From positions 806,001 through 870,000 of the forward strand of contig VRMN01000006.1 of NCBI GenBank assembly GCA_008690995.1: DNA of 64,000 nt, written 5' to 3'. This document shows, one piece after another, positions 52,656 to 61,649 of this stretch. Each line of letters opens with the position of its first letter. Positions within the stretch are counted from its first letter, which is position 1. The notes below the pieces were generated by a model. It searched no databases. It saw only the letters and a list, made by a program, of their open reading frames with translations, and was not told the origin of the DNA. Source of the stretch: Porphyridium purpureum (Eukaryota). The position numbers and the translations under genes are program-made.

Positions 52656-53094
52656 GACGCCGCCACAGCGCATTGTTGTCATTCGTACACCAAACGCGCG
52701 GCGGTTCTTGCGTCCTCCCCAAAGTCACCGAGCGCGGTTGCGTCTTGACCACAAATATTGACAACAAACTCACCCGCCCTTCCCCACCTCGTATCGAGCG
52801 CTTACACACACACACACAAAACACACAAACATATAGTAAAAACACATCAATTTACTTCCAACCGCGCGAGAAAATAGCCGCCGGCGTGTGTCCGTTGACC
52901 GTATGACTTATCCGGCGGGCGCGGATCGTTCTTTGTGCTGGGTCGGGTCGGCGGGTCGCAGTGTAGGAGCGTGCGTTGTTAGTGCACACGGTGCTCAGTC
53001 GCGCGGAGTCCATTCAAAGTGACGCCGCGCACACACACCAACCGAGGTGTACATACAGCTGTACACGCACGTTGCGCAGGTTACACGCGCGGGT

Positions 53095-53123
53095 CGGTTG
53101 GTTGGTTGGTTGGTTGGTTGGTT
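53095..53123. repeat. (GGTT)n tetranucleotide microsatellite
   Basis: About 7 tandem GGTT units are visible. Confidence 0.85.
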
Positions 53124-53393
53124 GACGGGTGGGCTGACTGTTTGCATCCGCGCATGGGCGCTTTGAAAGCGGAGCGCGGCGCGTGTGGAAGTGGAGCGGC
53201 GCGGTGAGCGGCGGCAGACAGTTGCGCGTGCATGCGTACATGCGGATATTAAGCAGTGACGGGACAGACGCAGAGTCTAGCGACGTCGACGATTGTCTGA
53301 GAGCAGAGGAAGGGAGCAAGAAAGAAAAAGAGGCGCTGGGGGTAGCGAGGAACTGGAGGGGATAGAGTGAGATAGAGTCAGGGTGGCTGAATC

Positions 53394-54455
53394 ATGCAGG
53401 GGTTGAGGAGGCTCGCGGTGGGGGGAGCGCGCCAGCTCGCGTACCCGCGGATGGTGGGCGGGCGCTCCGCAATGGCGCCGTATGTGCAGCGCGCGTACAT
53501 GCCTGTCGCGCACCACCAGTACGTGCGCCCGATGGCGTCTGGGCTCGGGAACCCGGTCGAAAAGGTGCAGGAGCAGGTCGGGAAGGTACAGGACGCGTTC
53601 GCTGAGGAAAAGAAGGAGCGCGAGAGCATTCTGGGCTCCTCCACTTCCAAGCCGAAATTCAAGCTTGGGTACGACTGGGTGGACAAGGAGGCGCAGGTCT
53701 TGATTGCGCGGGCCTACAATCGGCACAAGGCGCTGGCAGACAAGAGTCAGTCATACCCGCCCGCTTTGGGTGTGGAGGACCTCGAGAAGATCGTGCCACC
53801 AAATTTGCATCGCAAGCCAGAGGGCCTGCTTGACCACATCGCGTTGGGAACCATGCGCTTGCTGCGCGTGTTCACAAATGCCTTTTTCGGGGACAAGTAC
53901 CTGCACCACGCAACGCTCCTGGAGACCGTTGCTGCCGTGCCGGGCATTATTGCAAGCGCAAGCAGGCATTTGCGCTCGCTGCGTCGCATGAAGCGCGACC
54001 ACAGCTGGATTGGCACGCTCCAGGAGGAGAGCGAGAACGAGCGCATGCATCTGCTCATCTGGCTGGCCATCAACCAGCCCAACATGTTTGAGCGCATGCT
54101 GGTGATCTTTGCGCAAGGCGCGTACTTTTCGTTCTACTCGCTGTCGTACCTCTTTTCGCCGCGCTTTGCGCACCGCTTGGTAGGCTACTTGGAGGAAGAG
54201 GCCGTGATTGCATACACCGAGTTCCTGCACTCCATTGACGCCGGAAAGATGCCAAACATCCCTGCGCCGGAAATTGCGATCGAGTACTACCGCCTGGCGC
54301 CAGACGCCAAGCTGCGCGACGTGGTGCTGCACGTGCGCGCGGACGAAATCATGCACCAAATGGTGAACCACCACTTGTCGGACAAGTACAAGCACAAGGA
54401 CCTCGACTCGAAGCCGACGTTTGTCGGACAGGACTACCGCGAGGGACAGTGGTAA
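53394..54455 (+). CDS. AOX: Mitochondrial alternative oxidase
   Basis: Di-iron motifs LETVAAVPG, EESENERMHL, GYLEEEA and VRADEIMH; mitochondrial-type presequence. Confidence 0.97.
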   Translation: MQGLRRLAVGGARQLAYPRMVGGRSAMAPYVQRAYMPVAHHQYVRPMASGLGNPVEKVQEQVGKVQDAFAEEKKERESILGSSTSKPKFKLGYDWVDKEAQVLIARAYNRHKALADKSQSYPPALGVEDLEKIVPPNLHRKPEGLLDHIALGTMRLLRVFTNAFFGDKYLHHATLLETVAAVPGIIASASRHLRSLRRMKRDHSWIGTLQEESENERMHLLIWLAINQPNMFERMLVIFAQGAYFSFYSLSYLFSPRFAHRLVGYLEEEAVIAYTEFLHSIDAGKMPNIPAPEIAIEYYRLAPDAKLRDVVLHVRADEIMHQMVNHHLSDKYKHKDLDSKPTFVGQDYREGQW

Positions 54456-54834
54456 GAGCAAGCACTTGCCCACATGAGAGCACAAATACACACATCCCCG
54501 CTCGTCGTTGTTGTTGTTGTCTCCGTCCCATGTTGGCTTGTGAGCGCCGCGAACAGGCGCATCGCTCCGCTGTTTTTCCCTTATTTTTGTGTCGCGCGCG
54601 AATGAAGAATCAAGGTACAGTAACAGGATAAAAAACAATCTTAAACAAAGACTAAAAAATAGTGAATAATGTACAGTTAGAGGTACAGTGATTCTTGCTT
54701 TCTCCGCGCGACGCGGCGATGGCGAGTGCGCGGCGATGTGTCGATGCGGTGCGGCGAGCCGGGCGATTGCCAAAGACTGGGTTTCTGGCGGCGCGGCGCT
54801 CCGAGAGACGTGCGACGCGGGAGAAGCAGGGGCC

Positions 54835-56625
54835 ATGCCCACCGTGGGAGTCGCTCGGGACGCGCTGTTCCGTGCGCTCGGCAGCACATACACCGAGGAG
54901 CAGTTTGACGAGCTGTGTTTCCAGTACGGCCTGGAACTCGATGAGGTCGTCACTGAAAAGGTCGCGCTCGGAGGCCGTGCGGCGTCGGCGCTGGGCGGAG
55001 GCGCAGAGCAGGCTGTGGTGACGGAGGAGCAAGTGGTCTACAAAATCGACGTGCCGGCGAACCGATATGACCTGCTTTGCATGGAAGGTCTCGTGCAGGG
55101 CTTTCGTGTGTTCCTGGGACTCGATCCGGTACCGAACTACAGACTACGGGACGATAGCGCGGTGCATGTGATGCGTGTTCATCCCTCGGTGGCCGGAATC
55201 CGACCGTTTGTGGTGTGTGCTGTTCTCCGGGGCCTCTCTATGACGCCGGAGGTCTATCAGAGCTTGATCGATTTGCAGGACAAGCTGCATCAGAACATTT
55301 GTCGGCGGCGATCGCTGGTGGCCATTGGGACGCATGATCTCGATACAATCAAGCCGCCATTCACCTACCAAGCGTGCGCGCCTTCCGAGCTGCGCTTTGT
55401 TCCGCTGGCCAAGACAAAAAGTGTCGACGGCCACGAGCTCATGTCCATGTACGAAACCGATCCGCAGCTGAAAAAGTACTTGCCACTCATTCGGGACGCG
55501 CCAGAGTATCCCCTGATCACAGACAGTGACGGCACGGTGCTGTCATTACCTCCAATTATCAATGGTGAGCATTCCAAGATTTCACCGCAAACTAAGAACA
55601 TGCTTATCGAATGCACTGCGACAGACGAACACAAGGCCGGCATTGTGCTGAACACGCTGTGCGCCATGTTCTCGCGCTATTGTTCCCCAGAGTCGTTTGT
55701 GATCGAGCCAGTACGTATCGAGTATGAGCAGAGCGGCCGCTCGGTGCTCACGCCGGACTTGCGCCCGCGAAAAGTGATCGCGACCGTGGAAGAAATCTGC
55801 GGCCTGGTTGGTGTTCCGCTAGATAGAGAGCGTATTCAGCAGCTCCTGGCAAAGATGCAGCTTGGTAGCGAGATGATTGCGTCTCCGCACGAGGCGCTCG
55901 AGGTGCAGTGCCCCATCACGCGGTCGGATATCATCCACGCGTGCGACGTAGCCGAGGACGTTGCGGTGGCGCACGGCTTTGATAACATTCCCGCGCGTCT
56001 GCCCAACGTGGCTACCATCGGCGGCCTGCTCGCCCTCAACCAGCTCGGTGACCTGTTGCGGCGCGAAGTCGCGCAGGCCGGCTACACAGAGGTGCTCACG
56101 TGGGTCACCGTATCACAGGCTGAAAACTATGACCTACTGCAGCGCACGCCGAACGGTATGGCGGTAGGCCTCGCCAACCCAAAGACGCTCGAGTTTGAGC
56201 AGTGCCGCGTGAGTCTGCTGCCTGGTCTGCTCAAGACGCTCAGGGAGAATCGCAGCCTGCCGATTCCCGTGCGGCTTTTTGAAATGGGTGATGTGGTCCT
56301 GCAAGACGATGCAAGACCGACGGGCGCGCGCAACGCGCGTCGGCTTGCTGCGTTGTACTGCTCGGGTAGCGCTGGATTTGAGGTCATTCAAGGCTTGCTG
56401 GAACGTGTATTGACAGTAGTGGCACGAAGTCGCGAGGACGATGTCGTACGAATCCGGCCGGAATCGTGTACAGACGACGCCTTTTTCGAAGGCCGGCGTG
56501 CTGACATTGTTTTTCGTGGCGAGTCGATCGGGTCGTTAGGCTGGATCCACCCGCGCGTGCTGAAGAATTTCGGGATCATTCATCCGTGCTCGGCCTTTGA
56601 GGTGGACGTTGAAAAGTTCTTATAG
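54835..56625 (+). CDS. FARSB: Cytosolic phenylalanyl-tRNA synthetase beta subunit
   Basis: MPTVGV, FDELCFQYGLELDE, PANRYDLLC, LQDKLHQNICRRRSLVAIGTHDLD, RSDIIHACD. Confidence 0.97.
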   Translation: MPTVGVARDALFRALGSTYTEEQFDELCFQYGLELDEVVTEKVALGGRAASALGGGAEQAVVTEEQVVYKIDVPANRYDLLCMEGLVQGFRVFLGLDPVPNYRLRDDSAVHVMRVHPSVAGIRPFVVCAVLRGLSMTPEVYQSLIDLQDKLHQNICRRRSLVAIGTHDLDTIKPPFTYQACAPSELRFVPLAKTKSVDGHELMSMYETDPQLKKYLPLIRDAPEYPLITDSDGTVLSLPPIINGEHSKISPQTKNMLIECTATDEHKAGIVLNTLCAMFSRYCSPESFVIEPVRIEYEQSGRSVLTPDLRPRKVIATVEEICGLVGVPLDRERIQQLLAKMQLGSEMIASPHEALEVQCPITRSDIIHACDVAEDVAVAHGFDNIPARLPNVATIGGLLALNQLGDLLRREVAQAGYTEVLTWVTVSQAENYDLLQRTPNGMAVGLANPKTLEFEQCRVSLLPGLLKTLRENRSLPIPVRLFEMGDVVLQDDARPTGARNARRLAALYCSGSAGFEVIQGLLERVLTVVARSREDDVVRIRPESCTDDAFFEGRRADIVFRGESIGSLGWIHPRVLKNFGIIHPCSAFEVDVEKFL

Positions 56626-56819
56626 CTCGCTGCAACCCTTTCTTGTTCCTGGTTTTGCCCGCTTAATAATAAACAAACGACGATAGTATGCCCGCAGAAG
56701 CACCTGTCTGATATTCACTCGCTTTTTCCCAGATATGACAGGGAGCCTGCTTTTTCCACAAACCCGACCCTCCCTTCGATTCCCGGGTCTGCCACAAAAG
56801 CGTCAAAGCTGGTGCGGCG

Positions 56820-57941
56820 TCAAAATCCGCCCCGAAATGATCGCACCAAGCTTTGGATGGTTTGAATTGCGGCCTCCGCGGGCGCTCGCAACTTGTCCGC
56901 CGTTTCAGAAAGTGTTGCGTCCATGGCAGACGCGGTGTGCAGCATGCGTCGAAGCAGTGTCCACGTCTTTTCAAAGTCTGGCGACGAGTCGCTCAGCCAA
57001 GCCAGCTGCACAGCCTGCACGATAGCACCGACTGCCGCGCGACGCACGTACCAGTCGTCGATGCGTTTGCCATAGTCATCCGGGCGCTGTGCAAGCGCGT
57101 CGGCATACACGCACAATTCGTCGGCAAGCTCGGCGGCTTGTCGCAGCGCGGTGGGCGCGTTCTGCGGAAGCGCTTGCAACGCAATGGCCTCGGACCAGCG
57201 CGCGCGGTATGGTTCAATCATCATAATCCGTCTTTGGATGGCCTGGGCGATTTTTTCACGCTGCTCGTCCTTGATGCTCTCCTCGTCACGATCGTCGTGC
57301 GCTTCTTTTTGTGTCTCTGGCTGCGACTGATTCTCGGAATGCCCTTCCGCGGCTCCATCTTGTTCGGTCGCTCTCTCTGACTTGCTTGCCTCCGACGTCA
57401 AAGATTCCTTCAAGCTTCTGGCGAGCTCTGCGTTGCACTGTTGTGTGAAGTACTCGACGAGTTCAACACCGCCCCGAGGAAACATCCCCGCGGCAGCCGG
57501 CGACAGGTCCAGCTCCCCGGCAGCCTTTTCCAGGGCACCCTGGGTCCAACCGAGACTCATGACATGGCGCAGCGCATGCTCTGCAATGCGCTCCTTCATT
57601 GACGTGGCAGACCTTTCCTCCGAGCTTGGCTGCTGCGGTGGCTCTTCTCGAGTCGCTCCACTGCCCGCGACAGGCTCCTTCTCTGTTCCAACATCTCCAT
57701 CCTTTGCGCCTGCTTTCGTTGCACACGCACGCGTATGCCTGCGCGCAGTCACACCCTGTGCGAAACGATTCGGAACGGCCACCTGAACGTAACACGTCGC
57801 TGCGCGCACATGCTCAGCGCAGCACAGCGATCGCGTGAGAACCCATGTCCCGGGCGGACGAGCGTGCGCAACTTGCAGTATGTCCGTGCGCAAGTACGAG
57901 CGCACATGGCGAGCAAGCGGGCGGGCAGGCATGCGCGCCAT
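56820..57941 (-). CDS. COQ9: Ubiquinone biosynthesis protein COQ9, mitochondrial
   Basis: ALRHVMSLGWT, FPRGGVELVEYF, WSEAIALQALPQNAP, WYVRRA, DSSPDFEKTW. Confidence 0.92.
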   Translation of the reverse strand: MARMPARPLARHVRSYLRTDILQVAHARPPGTWVLTRSLCCAEHVRAATCYVQVAVPNRFAQGVTARRHTRACATKAGAKDGDVGTEKEPVAGSGATREEPPQQPSSEERSATSMKERIAEHALRHVMSLGWTQGALEKAAGELDLSPAAAGMFPRGGVELVEYFTQQCNAELARSLKESLTSEASKSERATEQDGAAEGHSENQSQPETQKEAHDDRDEESIKDEQREKIAQAIQRRIMMIEPYRARWSEAIALQALPQNAPTALRQAAELADELCVYADALAQRPDDYGKRIDDWYVRRAAVGAIVQAVQLAWLSDSSPDFEKTWTLLRRMLHTASAMDATLSETADKLRAPAEAAIQTIQSLVRSFRGGF

Positions 57942-57990
57942 TCTCCTGCGTGCAGCGCTCCGCCAAAGCGTCTGTGTATTTCGTCTCTCC

Positions 57991-57991
<1 letters not shown>

Positions 57992-58030
<39 letters not shown>
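57992..58030. repeat. (CT)n microsatellite upstream of COQ9
   Basis: Directly visible dinucleotide run. Confidence 0.95.
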
Positions 58031-58032
<2 letters not shown>

Positions 58033-58208
58033 GCTCCTCTTCCACCGGTAACAACGAAATAACACATTACATTTCAATTCTGCATTTCACTCTTTTGGAG
58101 CTCGGTTTTTTTTTTTTTCTTTTCCCGGGCTGCTAGGCGCGAGGGCGGTGTAGTTGTGGAGACGACGGGTGTGGTGGTGGTGTTGTTGTGTGCGTGAGTG
58201 GTTGTGCG

Positions 58209-58490
58209 ATGGGGATTGTGCCATGGAGCGGCGCCACCGGGCGGATCCCGCGCGAGCTGGTGCAGAGGGTTGACCTGGCTGCGTTTCTAAAGGCCGTCCA
58301 GGCGGAGTCCGCGCTGTCCAAGTTTGGCACCTTTGACGAGCTGCGCGCATGTCGGAACGAGCGATCGAAGCTCAAGCAAGCCGGCGTCCCGCCGTTCGAG
58401 AGAAAGCGGATCTATCGTGCGCTCTTGGCGTATGAAGGCGCCGGCGTGCTTCCCGTTGGGTACCGACCCCCGACGGCATCACAGGCGTAG
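58209..58490 (+). CDS. Small SAM-like protein, probable mitoribosomal mS41/Fyv4 (IGR-family)-like
   Basis: AAFLKAV...SKFGTFDEL...KLKQAGVPPFERKRI resembles the mS41/Fyv4 pattern but lacks the literal IGR. Confidence 0.6.
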   Translation: MGIVPWSGATGRIPRELVQRVDLAAFLKAVQAESALSKFGTFDELRACRNERSKLKQAGVPPFERKRIYRALLAYEGAGVLPVGYRPPTASQA

Positions 58491-59438
58491 GGCGACAAGC
58501 CTGGCGTGCGCTTGAGACACACGCAGATGGCTGTGTTCTGGGCAGGTCACCCACCGCCTGCTAGCTTTTTAATGTGCTGCAATGCATTACCAGCATATGA
58601 TGTGTACATAAACCCGAATCTACCAGGCTGAGCAGCCGGTTCCGGCAAAGCTGGGAAAGGCCGCGTCTCGATGTTAACACGTGGATGGGAGTGCTCACGC
58701 CCAGGACGTGGCCGAAGCAAGCAAACACTTTGCGCGCACAATCTTGCTGTGGTCGTTGAGCGAAGCATGATGCGGACATTGTGGCAGCACATTGAACTTG
58801 TTCGCTGCCCTAAACGTCAGAAACGAGCGCTACACAGTTGCACAGAAATTGGATCCGATGTCGCGTCTTTCCCTCCAGTCTAAAAGCAAGCACAGTGTCT
58901 GTCCACGGAACGAGGTCTTGCAACGGACGAGCCTGCTGAACGAAAAGCTCAGCGCAAAAATGGCGGACGGCGAGATCCACGCTGTGCGTAGATTCCCGCA
59001 CCCAACAGGCAGAAAACTTTGGAACCACGAGAAACGAATGTGTTTGGATTAACAGCGTTCAACCGTGACACGCTATGCTTCCTTGCAGTGCCCTTGTTAA
59101 AACGAGACCATTGTGACAAACTGCGAGCCCGGACGACCGTCCTTTCAACATCACAAGTGCCACCCGGGGCGTTGCCCGACACGACCCAGACTGACAGAAG
59201 CTCTCCGTCAAGTTGCGAGAAGAAACTTGAAATGCCACTTACTGCCATGCGGTCTCCCTTGTTCACAAAGAATCCGATAAGGAAAGTCGCCACGCTCGTC
59301 CATGCCTCCGCGGTGACACCGTCAATCATGCGTCATGGTCCGTCGGCAAACCTGACACCGCCCATGGTCATTCACGTCCGCCCGAATGGCATTGCGGCCT
59401 ATAGCCACAGATTCGGCAGCCTTTCCAACCGCAGCCTC

Positions 59439-61649
59439 CTACCCCAATGGCGCTGTCGCGGGCTCTACTGCGGCGGGTGACGCGCGACTCGTGTCGCCGC
59501 CGAGCAGCTCGACCAAGTTACTGTAGTTCAGCTTGGTCGACTGGCGTTCGAGCAATATTTGAGCTGTGTGCTCGGCACGGTCCTTCACACCCGGAGCTAG
59601 GTGTAGTGCCTGATTGATTAGCGACTTCTTTTTCGGTGACTTGAACCTCCACGGGCGCAGCTTCCTGTACTGGTCTGGGTTTTCCGCTTTCATGCGTTCT
59701 AGCTCTGCTTCCTTCTCTAAATAATCCTTGTATAGTTCAGTCCAGACGTCCTTCTTTGCCTGCTGCTCGTCCTCGTCCAACAGATATCCTTCAATTTCTT
59801 CATCGTACGTGTCGTCCAGCTCACTGTCACTGTCGGGTCGCTGTGACGCCGTCTCACGCAGAGATGCGAGTTCCGCATCAAGCGCAGATTTGATTACCGC
59901 TTGCGCCCGCTCCAAATCAAGATCACTCAAATGCACCATGCCGGGAGCGACAGGGGCGCGCAGGACGGCCTGAAAAGCCGGCGGGTCCGCGCCATCTGCA
60001 TCATTGCGGCCATCCAGAAACGCCGTCGACTCGGCCTCCGCAACACGATAAAACTCGGCGACAGTTGTGTCGTCCCGCAGAGTGTTTGCGAATTCACGAA
60101 TGCGCTCCGAGATGACGCTGGGGCCCATGCGCACGGCGTCACCAACTTGCTTGAACGTGCGCTCAAAGCCGTGTATTTTCGAAGCCAAATAAATTGCGGC
60201 GCCGCAAATGCCGGCTGGCCGCCGTCCATGTGTCATCCAGTCGCGCTTCATCTTTGCGATGAGACGGAGCGCACTGGTGCCTACCTGGTGAGACTGCTCA
60301 TCGGTGCCAAATTCGAGCTTTGCAGAGTAGCGATGCACAAAAAGCGACGGGTCTACCAGAGGCAAGTGGAACAGCAAGGTCCGATTCAGTTGCATGAAGG
60401 TCCTGCCAAGCTCGAACAAATTCAGACCCAGCATGTCCGAAAAATCGATCAGCATATACGGCTTCTCGTGCATGCGGCACACCACGTAGATGCACGCGCA
60501 ACACACCGTGTTCACGCGCCGCCCCTTGTTAAAGTTTTTCTCGACCAACTGTCGATATACCCTGACCGCAGACTCGACATGTGTCGGATGGAGGCGCAAC
60601 GTTGAAATGAGCCTCTGAATAATGCGCCGTCCGTTGTTGACGGTGACTTCCTGCCTCTCGCGGGACACGCCGTGCAAGCCGATTCCGCCTGCCGGACGCC
60701 CATCTGCGCGCACGTGCTGTCCAATCACTGAGCTGCGACCACGTGCATCCTCCTGAAACGACACTTCCGCGACAATGTGGTTTTCTTCAGCGATGGTGCC
60801 GCACGCAACGCAAGTGGTGTCGCCGCGCGTAATGTCGGTCTCAAACTCCTCACCATCGCAGTGCAAGCACCGCAGTCTCGCGCTACGGCCACCACCGCGG
60901 GCTCCTGGTGCGCCGGTCTGTCGTGCAACGTGCTCGCTGTAATCGTCACTGTGCTTGAGTAGGAATGCTTCATCCTCTCTCCCTTCTTCTTCCTCCTCGT
61001 CATGAACGGCAATGCCATCACCGTCCACGGCGGGTGATGCAGTGAGCAACTTGCGTCGGCGGTTTCGTTTATGGCTCATTGGCGCAACACTGGAAAAAAC
61101 TGCGGGGCGGCTCGCCCGTGCCGCATTCACCACGCCGCATGTGGTGCATATACGCTCACGACTGGTCGCCTCGGTTTCAAACCCGTCTGTAGAGCCGCAG
61201 TGCATGCAAGCATCGTCTGCAGGCTGTTGTTCTGGCTCTCCTGCGACATCTTTGTCGGCATCATCTTCGCCTTCATCATCGTGCTCGGGCAACCAATGTT
61301 TCCGCTTCTGCTTGTTCTTCGCGCCTGGCGGACGGCCTCGCCTTTTCGCACCATTCAGACCTACTCCCGGCGGTGCGGGCGCAAATCGAACGCGGCTCGG
61401 AACCGGCGCGCCGGCTTGCGGTGCGCTCGTCTGCGCTTCTTCCTGCGCCTGCGATTCCGGCTGCGGCGTGACGAGACTCATGTCTGCAGCCGCCGCCTCC
61501 TCGGCGACGCTAGCATGCTCGCCATGGGCTTGGCGCACCGTCGCCCCGCCCTCCAAGTGTGGAGCCGTGCCTGTCAAATCAGACCCGGAGTCGTCTGCCG
61601 CCTGAGGCGCCTCCTTGCCGCGCCGCGCCGTGTGCTTCCCCTTCGCCAT
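59439..61649 (-). CDS. BRF1: TFIIIB subunit BRF1 with extended N-terminus
   Basis: Zinc ribbon CLHC...CVACG, cyclin repeats NFNKGRR/LIDFSD/DPSLFVHRY/MKRDWMTHGRRPAGICGAAI, DPPAF, and the C-terminal TBP-binding block (KKDVWTELYKDYL; STKLNY). Confidence 0.95.
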   Translation of the reverse strand: MAKGKHTARRGKEAPQAADDSGSDLTGTAPHLEGGATVRQAHGEHASVAEEAAAADMSLVTPQPESQAQEEAQTSAPQAGAPVPSRVRFAPAPPGVGLNGAKRRGRPPGAKNKQKRKHWLPEHDDEGEDDADKDVAGEPEQQPADDACMHCGSTDGFETEATSRERICTTCGVVNAARASRPAVFSSVAPMSHKRNRRRKLLTASPAVDGDGIAVHDEEEEEGREDEAFLLKHSDDYSEHVARQTGAPGARGGGRSARLRCLHCDGEEFETDITRGDTTCVACGTIAEENHIVAEVSFQEDARGRSSVIGQHVRADGRPAGGIGLHGVSRERQEVTVNNGRRIIQRLISTLRLHPTHVESAVRVYRQLVEKNFNKGRRVNTVCCACIYVVCRMHEKPYMLIDFSDMLGLNLFELGRTFMQLNRTLLFHLPLVDPSLFVHRYSAKLEFGTDEQSHQVGTSALRLIAKMKRDWMTHGRRPAGICGAAIYLASKIHGFERTFKQVGDAVRMGPSVISERIREFANTLRDDTTVAEFYRVAEAESTAFLDGRNDADGADPPAFQAVLRAPVAPGMVHLSDLDLERAQAVIKSALDAELASLRETASQRPDSDSELDDTYDEEIEGYLLDEDEQQAKKDVWTELYKDYLEKEAELERMKAENPDQYRKLRPWRFKSPKKKSLINQALHLAPGVKDRAEHTAQILLERQSTKLNYSNLVELLGGDTSRASPAAVEPATAPLG

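Noticed and set aside
58560..59430. Short ORFs between the mS41-like gene and BRF1
   Set aside because: No recognisable motif or codon bias; cannot be supported as a gene or pseudogene.
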